Assembly (NCBI GenBank): GCA_022707965.1
Contig: JAKIZO010000003.1
Coordinates: 7,357-71,356 of the forward strand
Reading direction: 5' to 3'
Origin: Bacteroidota bacterium
Lineage (GTDB): Bacteria; Bacteroidota; Ignavibacteria; Kapaibacteriales; UBA2268
Length of the DNA stretch: 64,000 nucleotides
The notes below the pieces were generated by a model. That model worked only from the letters and a program-made list of their open reading frames with translations, made no database searches and was not told the origin of the DNA. Below are positions 54,159-63,195 of this stretch, piece by piece; within the stretch, counting starts at the first letter, position 1, and each line of letters opens with the position of its first letter. Position numbers and translations under genes: made by a program.

Positions 54159-56591
54159 ATGAAAACGATGAAAACAAACTTATTCTTTTTTCTCTTAGTA
54201 GGTATTTTTAGTCTATCGCAGGTATTTGCACAATCACCCGATATTAAAATAGTGGGTGGGATGCCTGCAAATATCGAAGATTATCCATATCAGGTCGCAT
54301 TATTTTCGATTGATGAAGTAGGTAATATTAGCGAATTTATGTGTGGCGGTTCAATAATTGATAGATACTGGGTGGTAACAGCAGCGCATTGTGTCCTACA
54401 AAATTCGCACAAAAAACAAAGAATAGTAGCAGCATTTTCTAAATTAAGCGAGGTTGATGAAGCAAAAGTGTATGAAATTTCAGATTATATCATTCATCCC
54501 GAATTTGATATGAACACCGTTGCAAACGATATAGCATTGCTTCGCCTGGCATATCCAATAGATACAGTAAATCCTGGCAGCAAAATTATTAGATTAGTTT
54601 CCCCCGAAGAGGAACAATTGGGACTTATAGCCCCTGGAACAATGGCAACTATTACTGGTTGGGGAACAACTCAATATATGGGCGAACAGCCCGACCAACT
54701 ACAAGTTGGCACTTTGCCAATAATATCAGTAGAAACTGCAAATCAATGGTTCGCTGAAACTTCGCAAGGAATGAATACTGTGCTCGAAAGTATGCTCCCC
54801 GCTGGTTACGAAGAAGGTGGAGTAAGCGGTTGTCACGGCGATAGTGGAGGTCCCCTCGCAGTTAAAGATTCATCAGATAACTTCGTTTTAGCTGGAATTA
54901 CTTCCTGGGGTAATATTTGTGGAGCACCAAAGCAGCCAGCAGTTTACACCCGTGTTCCTTATTTTTATCATTGGATTATGGAAAATTCTCAAATTGACGT
55001 AAATTTTGAACCTTCGCACGATAATTTTATCGAATTGAACATTTTATACATTAACGACAAAGTTTATTCTTGTGGCAACGTTCCCCATATTGGTGAATAT
55101 TTAGTTGTAAATACAGGTAGAGAACCACTTGAAAAATTCGACGTTACAATAAAAATTGGAATTGACCCTGCTAATTTGCTTAGCTCCAACACTTATACTA
55201 TTGAGATTGATAATCCACTGCCTACTGGTGGAAGCAAGAGATTCCCGATTGAATTAAGCGGTGCATTAGAAAATTATGGAATGTATTGGGTTGAGGTTAC
55301 AATTTCTAATCCAAATGGATTTGAAATTGCATTAGAAAAATATACAGATAATAAATATTTCGAATTAGCAAAACCAAACATGCTTACTCTAAATCTTGAT
55401 TTTGGCAATATTTTTCAAGTCGGTTGGGCAATAATCGATGCTGAATCAATGGAACAAATAGAAACAAAGGAATATAATTTCGCATCTTCGGGTAATAAAA
55501 TTGAGGAACAAATTTGTCTTGGCGAAGGTACTTATTTGTTCTACATAGGTGGAATGGGCACTTACGACTTTAATCTTGCAATTGATGCAGACGGAACTAA
55601 ATACGACTTGCTTTGGAACGAAGAACAATCTTTTTTCCATACAACTACATTTACTATACCATTTGAGCCTGTTTATGATATTGCTGTGGAGAAGAACGAT
55701 ATGTGCGACTATGTCGTCGTTTGCGATTTAAATGAAGTCAGCGAAAACTTAAATCTGACACTGTATAATACCGGGACTTTGCCGATAATGAATTTGAAGT
55801 ATAAGATTACTTATGAGAACAGTCAAAGCTCGGAAACCGTTACATTAGCAAATACAATTTTTGCTGGTTCCGTTTACCCAATTGAATTAAATCTTGATGA
55901 ATTGGCTGTAGGAAACAACAAGATAAAAATCGAGGTGATTTCTTATGATAACTATGAAGAAGAAACAAACCTTGATGATAACTCATTAACTGCTGAATTT
56001 CAAGTTGAATTACTTCCAAAATTTGCTACTTTGAGCATACAAACAGACGAAAACTACTGGAATTATGGATGGGAAATCAGAGACGAAGTAGGTAATATTG
56101 TAATGAGTAGGTATGTCGAAAGTCCTTACGCAACAGAATATGATTTGTGTTTGCCAGAAGGATGTTATTATTTTGTTCCTATTAACAATTTTGACCAGGT
56201 AATGAATGTTGATACTGCTGTAGTAATTAGAGACATAAGCGGACAAATTTTATTAGTAGTAACAGGGGAAGAATTCGTTAATGAAAACCAATTCAAATTC
56301 TGTAATGAACTTACATCAGTCAAAGATGATATAATCGTTGATAATCTATCGTTGTATCCTAATCCGGTATCAAATTCAATTAATCTATCATTTTCAGCAA
56401 GTAACATTTCAAAAGCATCAATATCAATTACAAATACTCTTGGTAATGTGCTTTACCTGAATGAAATACAAACAACTATCGGACAGAACAACAAAACAAT
56501 TGATATTAGCAGATTGCCTGTTGGTGTTTACTCAGTCAACATTACAATAAACAACAGCGTAATTTCAAAGCAATTAGTTGTGATTAGATAA
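54159..56591 (+). CDS. Secreted S1-family (chymotrypsin-fold) serine protease with a long repeat-containing middle region and a T9SS C-terminal sorting domain
   Basis: 810 aa with a signal peptide and IVGG. Catalytic triad contexts are TAAHC (His76), NDIALLRL (Asp124) and GDSGGP (Ser229). The C-terminal LSLYPNPVSNSINLSF...VYSVNITINNS...VVIR is a T9SS type-A CTD. Confidence 0.9.
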   Translation: MKTMKTNLFFFLLVGIFSLSQVFAQSPDIKIVGGMPANIEDYPYQVALFSIDEVGNISEFMCGGSIIDRYWVVTAAHCVLQNSHKKQRIVAAFSKLSEVDEAKVYEISDYIIHPEFDMNTVANDIALLRLAYPIDTVNPGSKIIRLVSPEEEQLGLIAPGTMATITGWGTTQYMGEQPDQLQVGTLPIISVETANQWFAETSQGMNTVLESMLPAGYEEGGVSGCHGDSGGPLAVKDSSDNFVLAGITSWGNICGAPKQPAVYTRVPYFYHWIMENSQIDVNFEPSHDNFIELNILYINDKVYSCGNVPHIGEYLVVNTGREPLEKFDVTIKIGIDPANLLSSNTYTIEIDNPLPTGGSKRFPIELSGALENYGMYWVEVTISNPNGFEIALEKYTDNKYFELAKPNMLTLNLDFGNIFQVGWAIIDAESMEQIETKEYNFASSGNKIEEQICLGEGTYLFYIGGMGTYDFNLAIDADGTKYDLLWNEEQSFFHTTTFTIPFEPVYDIAVEKNDMCDYVVVCDLNEVSENLNLTLYNTGTLPIMNLKYKITYENSQSSETVTLANTIFAGSVYPIELNLDELAVGNNKIKIEVISYDNYEEETNLDDNSLTAEFQVELLPKFATLSIQTDENYWNYGWEIRDEVGNIVMSRYVESPYATEYDLCLPEGCYYFVPINNFDQVMNVDTAVVIRDISGQILLVVTGEEFVNENQFKFCNELTSVKDDIIVDNLSLYPNPVSNSINLSFSASNISKASISITNTLGNVLYLNEIQTTIGQNNKTIDISRLPVGVYSVNITINNSVISKQLVVIR

Positions 56592-56611
56592 AAGCAAAAG
56601 ATAATAGTTAG

Positions 56612-56648
56612 AAAAAACTGCTCTTCGAATTTCGAGGAGCAGTTTTTT
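56612..56648 (+). terminator. Rho-independent terminator
   Basis: Stem AAAAAACTGCTC / GAGCAGTTTTTT with a 13-nt loop. The T-run is part of the stem end. Confidence 0.75.
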
Positions 56649-56745
56649 AATTTTTCATTTTTAAAATATCTATAATGTTTATATATTAACAAAGATTTTT
56701 TTCACAAAAAAGGTTGTATATGAAACAATTTTACGAGGTAAATTA

Positions 56746-58089
56746 ATGGAAGCACAAAGAGGACAATGGGGTTCCAAAATTGGTTTTATACTTGCAGGAG
56801 CGGGAGCAGCAATAGGCTTAGGCAATATCTGGCGATTTTCGTATGTCGCAGGTGAAAATGGAGGCGCTGCTTTTGTTCTAACCTATTTGATATTTGTAAT
56901 ATTCTTTGGAATTCCCTTAATTATTGCAGAAATAGCAATAGGTCGAAAGACGCAGAAAAATCCCGTTGGAGCATTTACAAGCATTAAGAATACAAAATTC
57001 TGGAAATTCGTTGGTTATTTTGCTGTTCTCACAAATATCGGAATTTTATCCTTTTATTCAGTTATCGCTGGGTGGACTTTCGGCTATATCTTCAAGATGT
57101 TGAGTGGGGATGCCTTTGGATACCAGTCTTTTGTATCAAATCCATATTTTGAAATTGGGTTATTTGCAATATTTTTAATTTTCACAGCCGGAATAGTTTA
57201 TGGTGGTGTGGAAAAAGGCATAGAAAAATGGTCGAAAATATTAATGCCGCTGTTAATTTTGATTATGATTTTTCTAATAATTTACGCAAATTTTTTAGAG
57301 GGTTCATCGAAAGGATTGGAATTTTATTTGAAGCCAGATTTCTCGAAAATCACGCCAAAAGTAATTCTATCGGCTATCGGACAGGCAATGTTCTCGCTTA
57401 GCCTTGGAATGGGACTGATGATTACATACGGAAGCTACTTATCGAAAAAAGAAAACATATTCGTTAGCGGTACAACCATTGCACTCTTGGATACAGCAAT
57501 AGCAATAATGGCAGGTTTCATAATTTTCCCTGCGTTATTCTCTATGGGTGGTAATCCGCAAGCTGGTCCAGCACTTGTTTTCGAAGTTCTCCCTAAATTA
57601 TTTATGGGAATGCCCGGCGGACAGATTGTCGGTGCATTTTTCTTTGTTCTTCTTTCCATTGCAGCACTTACATCGACTATCTCAATGTTAGAAGTTCCCG
57701 TCGCCTTTTTCGTTGATGAGAAAAAAATAAGTAGAAAAAAAATAGTGCTTTATGCAACCATTTTCACATTTTTTATGGGACTGCCGTCGGCTCTCTCGCA
57801 AGGCACAGTTGAAATATTTACTAATTTTGGGTTGCTTCCCGCCTCGATTTGTTCAGCGGATTTTCTGTCGCATATGAATTTTATTTTTGGCGATTTTGCT
57901 GTTGTATTAGGGGCATTGTTTGCGTCTGTCTTTGTTGGATGGGTATGGGGAATAAAATCTGCAACCGAAGAAATTTCGGAAGGTTCGAAAAATTTCAAAA
58001 AAATCGCTTTCCTATGGGGTTTCTTTATTAAATATATAATACCAATTGTAATTACTTTGATATTAATTAGGTTATTCGGCGTTATTTAA
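56746..58089 (+). CDS. Sodium-dependent transporter, neurotransmitter:sodium symporter (NSS/SNF) family
   Basis: 447 aa with WGSKIGFILAGAGAAIGLGNIWRFSY, the canonical NSS TM1 motif, and about 11-12 TM helices. Confidence 0.92.
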   Translation: MEAQRGQWGSKIGFILAGAGAAIGLGNIWRFSYVAGENGGAAFVLTYLIFVIFFGIPLIIAEIAIGRKTQKNPVGAFTSIKNTKFWKFVGYFAVLTNIGILSFYSVIAGWTFGYIFKMLSGDAFGYQSFVSNPYFEIGLFAIFLIFTAGIVYGGVEKGIEKWSKILMPLLILIMIFLIIYANFLEGSSKGLEFYLKPDFSKITPKVILSAIGQAMFSLSLGMGLMITYGSYLSKKENIFVSGTTIALLDTAIAIMAGFIIFPALFSMGGNPQAGPALVFEVLPKLFMGMPGGQIVGAFFFVLLSIAALTSTISMLEVPVAFFVDEKKISRKKIVLYATIFTFFMGLPSALSQGTVEIFTNFGLLPASICSADFLSHMNFIFGDFAVVLGALFASVFVGWVWGIKSATEEISEGSKNFKKIAFLWGFFIKYIIPIVITLILIRLFGVI

Positions 58090-59302
58090 ATATTTCCCAG
58101 AAATCAGGAAAAGATTTGTTTACACAAGCGGGATTGTCCAGAACAATTCCGCTTTTTGAATTAATAGCGGCAACTGCAAGAGACATAGCAATTCGATGGT
58201 CATTGCGTGCTGAGGCGGCTCCACCATCCAGTTGGCTTCCCTCGATAATAAAACTATTATCAGAAATTGCAATTTTAGCTCCAACTTTGGCGAATTCTTC
58301 AAGCAAAGCAGAAGCTCGGTTGCTTTCCTTGTTCAGAAGTCGATGAATACCTTTAATCGTTGATTTCCCCTCAGCATTAATTGCAAGAACTACAAGTGGT
58401 GGAATTAAGTCGGGGTAGTCTGTTGCGTCGAAAACAAAAGGTGGAATAATAGATTTTTCACAAATAACTTTATATTTGCTTTTTTTCTCAACCGGACAAT
58501 TTAGTCCGTGTTCAATAATAAAATCAAGAAAAATCTTATCAGGTTGAAAAGAATTAGGGTCTAAATTCGAAATTTCCACTTTTCCCGAGGTAAGTCCTGC
58601 CGCCATTAAAAAAGCGGCTGCACTCCAATCGCCTGTAACAGTTACCAGATTTGTCTCAATGTTTGATTTATTTGAAAGATAAAACTCATTCCCATTGTAT
58701 TGATAAATTATTCCAACTTTTTCAAGCATATTTAAGGTAAGAGCCACATATCCTTTGCTGACATAATTCGAACACCGAATAACAAAATGTTCCTTGGCAA
58801 AGGCATTTGCAATTAGCAGACCTGAAAGCAATTGAGATGATTGCGAAGCATCAAGTTCTATCGGATTTTGTATATTGCTTTTATACATAGTTAAAGGAAG
58901 AAAAGGTGAATTACCCTCAAATTTTATATCGTTACGTTTGAGAAAATCGAAAATATCAGGGAGCTTTCGATAAGAAAGTGACCCGCAAGCCGTAATTTTT
59001 GCATCCCATCCCATTACAGCAGATGTTGCAACAAGGCTCCGCGCAAGAAAGGCAGATTCGCCACAATGGAAATGAAAGTCGTTATTTCTTCTGATATTCT
59101 CAACAAGTAATCTTTTCTCGTAAAAAGTGCAGTTTGAATACTCTTTTAGAATATTGATAGCCGCAGCAGCATCTTCCGAGTTTGGTATGTTTTCAATAAT
59201 GAATTTATTATTTAATAGGGCGATTAAACAAGCTCGCAGAAATTCACTTTTTGAAAAAGGGACAGCAATTTGTTTGTCGATAGTTATAGGCTTAATCTGC
59301 AT
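58082..59302 (-). CDS. aroA: 3-phosphoshikimate 1-carboxyvinyltransferase (EPSP synthase)
   Basis: 406 aa with the motifs PFSKSEFLRA (Lys22 region), KESNRASAL, and DHRIAMSLAVAA near the C-terminus. Confidence 0.88.
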   Translation of the reverse strand: MQIKPITIDKQIAVPFSKSEFLRACLIALLNNKFIIENIPNSEDAAAAINILKEYSNCTFYEKRLLVENIRRNNDFHFHCGESAFLARSLVATSAVMGWDAKITACGSLSYRKLPDIFDFLKRNDIKFEGNSPFLPLTMYKSNIQNPIELDASQSSQLLSGLLIANAFAKEHFVIRCSNYVSKGYVALTLNMLEKVGIIYQYNGNEFYLSNKSNIETNLVTVTGDWSAAAFLMAAGLTSGKVEISNLDPNSFQPDKIFLDFIIEHGLNCPVEKKSKYKVICEKSIIPPFVFDATDYPDLIPPLVVLAINAEGKSTIKGIHRLLNKESNRASALLEEFAKVGAKIAISDNSFIIEGSQLDGGAASARNDHRIAMSLAVAAINSKSGIVLDNPACVNKSFPDFWEIFK

Positions 59303-60587
59303 TTAAGTAATTACTTAATTCGTTTTTCAACACCTGGAAAGCAGTATCAAATTTAGCGAAAGAATAAATTAAATCAGAGCATTTAAAGTAATTATCAAGT
59401 CTTCGGTTGAAAATACTGAGAAACTCTTCATAATCAGCGTGCTTTAAAATTGGACGATTATCTGTTTTAATGTCGTTCCAGATGTGTTCTGGCTTTCGAG
59501 CAAGAAAGACAACAAAAGAGCAAGATTTGAGCATTTCAATATTTTCATCGAAAATACAAGAACCACCACCTGTATCAATGATGGTATTTTTAAGCATGCT
59601 TATTTGCTTTATCACTTGTGCTTCAATTTTTCTAAATTCTTGTTCTCCGTGTTCTTCGAATATTCTTGAAACTGATTTTCCCGTTTGTTTTTCTATAAAT
59701 TCATCAACCGAAAAATAATCCATATTCAGCTCACGGGCAAGCGAACGAGCAAATTCAGTTTTCCCAACGCTTGTCATACCAATTAGTGAAATATTGTCTT
59801 TTTTAATTTTCTTCTGTCGTAGAAGTTCAGATATTTTATCGTCGTCGAAAACAACGTTTTCCGAGATAAAAATATCATCTGCAAAATGTTTAAAAGCATA
59901 AAATGCTTGATTTTTTAGTATTTCGAAACCATCAATCAACTTTTGGTATTTATGAAAAAGCTTGCAAAGTTGGTTTTTCATATAGTTAAAATCAAATAAA
60001 AATTTTGCGGTCGTCAATTTTGAATAAGGTTTGAAAAAGCGTAAATCAGAAGCAGTATTTATTATCAGGTCGTAACTCTTTTTTATTGTCTCTTCATCGA
60101 TTAAGCGGACGTTGCTATAAAAACTGCAAATAATATTTACATTTTCTTTTGTTCTATTGATTATATCGATTTGTTTGTTTAACTTACTTAATATATCAAC
60201 TACCGTAATTGCAGTGCTTCCCGCACCAATGACCAGAATATCAGAAAGCTTATCGACTTCGATTTTGTGAAGTGAATCATATGTAGCTTTGTAATCAGTA
60301 TTGAAGCCAAAAATTTGTTCCTTAAAAATTAGAGTGTTGCAAGTTTCTGTAATTTTTGAAATTTCATCGGGATAATCAACCCAGCCATAAACCAATTGCT
60401 TATAAGGCATAGTTACATTTACAGCATCAAGATTTAGCATACGAAACGTTTCTAATCCATTTTTTATGTCGGTAACAAGCAATCGTGTATAATAAGCATC
60501 TAAATTATTGATTTTGAACAAGTGATTATAAATTATTGGACTTGCACTATTAATTACAGGATTGCCGATAACCGCAAACTTTTTCAT
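59292..60587 (-). CDS. aroE/aroK: Fused shikimate dehydrogenase (AroE) / shikimate kinase (AroK)
   Basis: The N-half has VIGNPVINSASP, VTMPYK, CNTL and NTDY (AroE catalytic residues). The C-half has P-loop GMTSVGKT, SVDEFIE and GEQEFRKIE (AroK). The ATG at 60587 lies 1 nt after the aroD stop. Confidence 0.85.
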   Translation of the reverse strand: MKKFAVIGNPVINSASPIIYNHLFKINNLDAYYTRLLVTDIKNGLETFRMLNLDAVNVTMPYKQLVYGWVDYPDEISKITETCNTLIFKEQIFGFNTDYKATYDSLHKIEVDKLSDILVIGAGSTAITVVDILSKLNKQIDIINRTKENVNIICSFYSNVRLIDEETIKKSYDLIINTASDLRFFKPYSKLTTAKFLFDFNYMKNQLCKLFHKYQKLIDGFEILKNQAFYAFKHFADDIFISENVVFDDDKISELLRQKKIKKDNISLIGMTSVGKTEFARSLARELNMDYFSVDEFIEKQTGKSVSRIFEEHGEQEFRKIEAQVIKQISMLKNTIIDTGGGSCIFDENIEMLKSCSFVVFLARKPEHIWNDIKTDNRPILKHADYEEFLSIFNRRLDNYFKCSDLIYSFAKFDTAFQVLKNELSNYLNAD

Positions 60588-60588
60588 A

Positions 60589-61212
60589 TTACACCTTTTG
60601 AATTTCATCTACCGTAAATTGTCCCGCAGCAGTCTCTCCCATAGCAGAATGAGCAACATACATAAACGGTGAACCTTTTCTTAATGCTTCCAATCGAGTA
60701 AATTTCAGTTCCTGCCCAATCCCAAATAGTAATAATTTATGACTTGGGAAACTATCGTATAAACTAAATACCTTATTAATATCGAGCGAATTCTCGGTAT
60801 TAAAAACTACTTTTACATAATTAGGGCTGAAACTAAACATTTTTTTCACCAGCTTCCGAATATCATCAACACCATTTTTTTCTTCCGACAAATGATATGA
60901 AACAATTGTTTTGACGTTATATATTGCTGAATAGTTTAGTAGTTCGAGAAGATTGATTTCAAATTTCTCAAAGTCAATGTCTATATATTTGGGTGATAGT
61001 TCAATGATATTTTTTATTTCGGAAGAATTTAGAATTATTTTTGGTGCAATAATACAATCGTAATTTATTATTATGTTCTTAACTTCATCGAGTGAATATG
61101 CTGTATCCAGCCTGTATTCAATAAAGCTCCCCTTTGGGATAATATTGTTTATCTTTGATATAGAGTTTTTATTCGAGATGCTAATACAATATTTTATTTT
61201 TTGTTCGTACAT
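60589..61212 (-). CDS. aroD: Type I 3-dehydroquinate dehydratase (short, divergent)
   Basis: 207 aa with the motifs IEYRLD, SYH (His), VKVV (Schiff-base Lys region) and a C-terminal AAGQ motif. Its context in the aro operon supports the call. Confidence 0.6.
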   Translation of the reverse strand: MYEQKIKYCISISNKNSISKINNIIPKGSFIEYRLDTAYSLDEVKNIIINYDCIIAPKIILNSSEIKNIIELSPKYIDIDFEKFEINLLELLNYSAIYNVKTIVSYHLSEEKNGVDDIRKLVKKMFSFSPNYVKVVFNTENSLDINKVFSLYDSFPSHKLLLFGIGQELKFTRLEALRKGSPFMYVAHSAMGETAAGQFTVDEIQKV

Positions 61213-61219
61213 ACTAATT

Positions 61220-62539
61220 TCAAGTTGATTTAAAATAACTAATTGCTCGCTCAGCTGCCAGTTTCCCGCTTAAAGCGGCACTTTCAAGCGTTGCAGGAAG
61301 CAAAGTATTTACCCAATCGCCACATATAAATAGATTAGCGTATGCAGTTTCAATCGGCAATCTTTTTTTTGAATTTGCGATATCGATTGAAACAGTCGCT
61401 TTTTTATCAACAATAAGCTTTGTGTGAACAATATCCTCTGTTTTTTTTATAAGTCCAAGATAATTCAGTTCCTCAATAATTGTTTTTGAGATTTCAGAAT
61501 GTGGCAATCTACATAATTCCTTCGCATTACTGATAGTTACTGTATATAGAGAGTATCCTGAACTAACAGAATTGTAAATTTTTGTTAAATCAAATAACCA
61601 GTGAGATTGTGTTCCAACCAGAGCATTTATTTCAGAACAATCAAGTTTAGTCTTTGTCCAAATATAAAGTGATATTATTGGAGAAAACTCAAAATATGTT
61701 TGAAAATCAGCACTAATTCCGCTATTACTGAACACTCGGGCTAATCTATCAAAAGAAAGAGCAAGAATATAAGCATCGGCATTATATTCCTGACCTACTT
61801 TATCATAACAATTTGCGATAATGTTATTGACTACATCTAATTTCGTGATTTCTGTGTTTGTAATTATTTCAGAATTGTATTTTTGTAGTAGATAATGTGC
61901 TGGTTCAATCAATTTGCTCAAAGGAACCGAAGAAAAATAGATTTTAGCATTCTGGACATTCTGGAACATAATTTTTATTACTTGCACAAAAATAGATGCT
62001 GGCGATTTTTCGACAGATTGGTTCAATGTGGCTAAAATAAGTGGTTCCCAGAAATATTTAATTGCTAATTCAGTTTGCAAATTCTGACGTAAAAAATCAA
62101 GGCAACTAATTTCATTATCAATACGAACATTGTTGATTTTTAGAATAAGCAGAACGATAGAAATTTTTGATTTGAAGTCCAGCTTTCGAAAATTAAACAA
62201 TGCAAGAGCCAGTGGTAATTTCCCACAAGATAGATTTGTTGCCAATTTGTCAGAACCTTTCTTATCAATGTAGTTAATCTCGAAATTGGATTGTGGTTTG
62301 AGTAAATCGAAAGTGTTTAAATTTCGAAGCAAGTCAAAAAAATTGTTGTATGCACCAATAAAAATGTGCTGCCCATTGTCAATTACGTCCCCTGTTGAAT
62401 TATCAGTAAAAGAGAAACATCTACCACCAATATTTTTTTTTGCTTCAAATAATCGAACTTCTATTCCAGCTTTTGCCAGTATTATTGCAGCATTTATACC
62501 CGCAATCCCAGCACCGACAATTATTACTTTTCTTTTCAT
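61220..62539 (-). CDS. FAD-dependent oxidoreductase, amine-oxidase/phytoene-desaturase superfamily (HpnE-like)
   Basis: 439 aa with the dinucleotide fold VIIVGAGIAGINAA...FEAKKNIGGRC. The motifs IDNGQH, FWEPLILATLN and the C-terminal GDW...PATLESAALSG resemble hydroxysqualene dehydroxylase. Confidence 0.55.
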   Translation of the reverse strand: MKRKVIIVGAGIAGINAAIILAKAGIEVRLFEAKKNIGGRCFSFTDNSTGDVIDNGQHIFIGAYNNFFDLLRNLNTFDLLKPQSNFEINYIDKKGSDKLATNLSCGKLPLALALFNFRKLDFKSKISIVLLILKINNVRIDNEISCLDFLRQNLQTELAIKYFWEPLILATLNQSVEKSPASIFVQVIKIMFQNVQNAKIYFSSVPLSKLIEPAHYLLQKYNSEIITNTEITKLDVVNNIIANCYDKVGQEYNADAYILALSFDRLARVFSNSGISADFQTYFEFSPIISLYIWTKTKLDCSEINALVGTQSHWLFDLTKIYNSVSSGYSLYTVTISNAKELCRLPHSEISKTIIEELNYLGLIKKTEDIVHTKLIVDKKATVSIDIANSKKRLPIETAYANLFICGDWVNTLLPATLESAALSGKLAAERAISYFKST

Positions 62540-62599
62540 AAAAATTGGTATAAACTTTGTTGTAAAAATAGTGATTTTTGAAATAAATGGAAAATCGTA

Positions 62600-63145
62600 A
62601 TGAAAAAAGCATTATTCATTACAGTGTTTATTACAATATTTGCCTGTATTTCTCATAAATTATATGCACAGGATAATTGGTTCGAAGTGATTGAAGATGA
62701 AGAAGTTCAGCAAATGCATAATTATAACCACCACTTAGGACTATTATTAGGAGCGTTATCAAATTTAAGCAACGGAGAAATTAGTTTATCCACAGGTATT
62801 GACTATACATATCGTTTTAATAATAGTGGAGCAATTATCGGAGTTGGTGGTTTTATCGAAGGGGCATTCGGTAAACACACAGAAGCGATTTTCGGTGGTT
62901 TGCTTAGTGTAAAGCCTTGGGAAGAAGTACAATTTCACATAGCCCCATCAATTATTTATAGAGATTTGCATACAAAAATCATCGACGAAATACATTCCAC
63001 AAGCAAGGTGAAATTTTTGTTGAGGTTCGGTGGTAATTTTTCATTTCACATTGAAAATTTCTCGATCTCGCCAACAATCAATGCCGATATTGTCGGTAGC
63101 AAAGTTGGATTAGTCTATGGAATAGGTTTTGGCGTGGGAATATAA
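62600..63145 (+). CDS. Hypothetical secreted/outer-membrane protein
   Basis: 181 aa with a signal peptide (FACISHKLYA/Q) and Gly-rich beta-strand-like segments. I recognise no family. Confidence 0.45.
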   Translation: MKKALFITVFITIFACISHKLYAQDNWFEVIEDEEVQQMHNYNHHLGLLLGALSNLSNGEISLSTGIDYTYRFNNSGAIIGVGGFIEGAFGKHTEAIFGGLLSVKPWEEVQFHIAPSIIYRDLHTKIIDEIHSTSKVKFLLRFGGNFSFHIENFSISPTINADIVGSKVGLVYGIGFGVGI

Positions 63146-63179
63146 AAAAACGCCTTGATTGATGTTCAAGGCGTTTTTT
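63145..63179. terminator. Bidirectional intrinsic terminator
   Basis: Stem AAAAAACGCCTTGA / TCAAGGCGTTTTTT with a 7-nt loop, sitting between convergent genes. Confidence 0.8.
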
Positions 63180-63195
63180 ATCAAAAAAATTTTGA

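Noticed and set aside
56720-56746. An 8-codon upstream ORF (MKQFYEVN) whose stop overlaps the NSS transporter start (TAATG).
   Set aside because: It is too short to distinguish from chance. The main ATG has its own GAGG Shine-Dalgarno site at suitable spacing inside the putative uORF. I kept it only as a note.
57975-57989. TTCGGAAGGTTCGAA inside the NSS transporter gene, which resembles one arm of the palindromic intergenic repeat.
   Set aside because: Only a single arm is present, it is in frame within coding sequence (EEISEGSKNF), and there is no partner arm. It is most likely coincidence.
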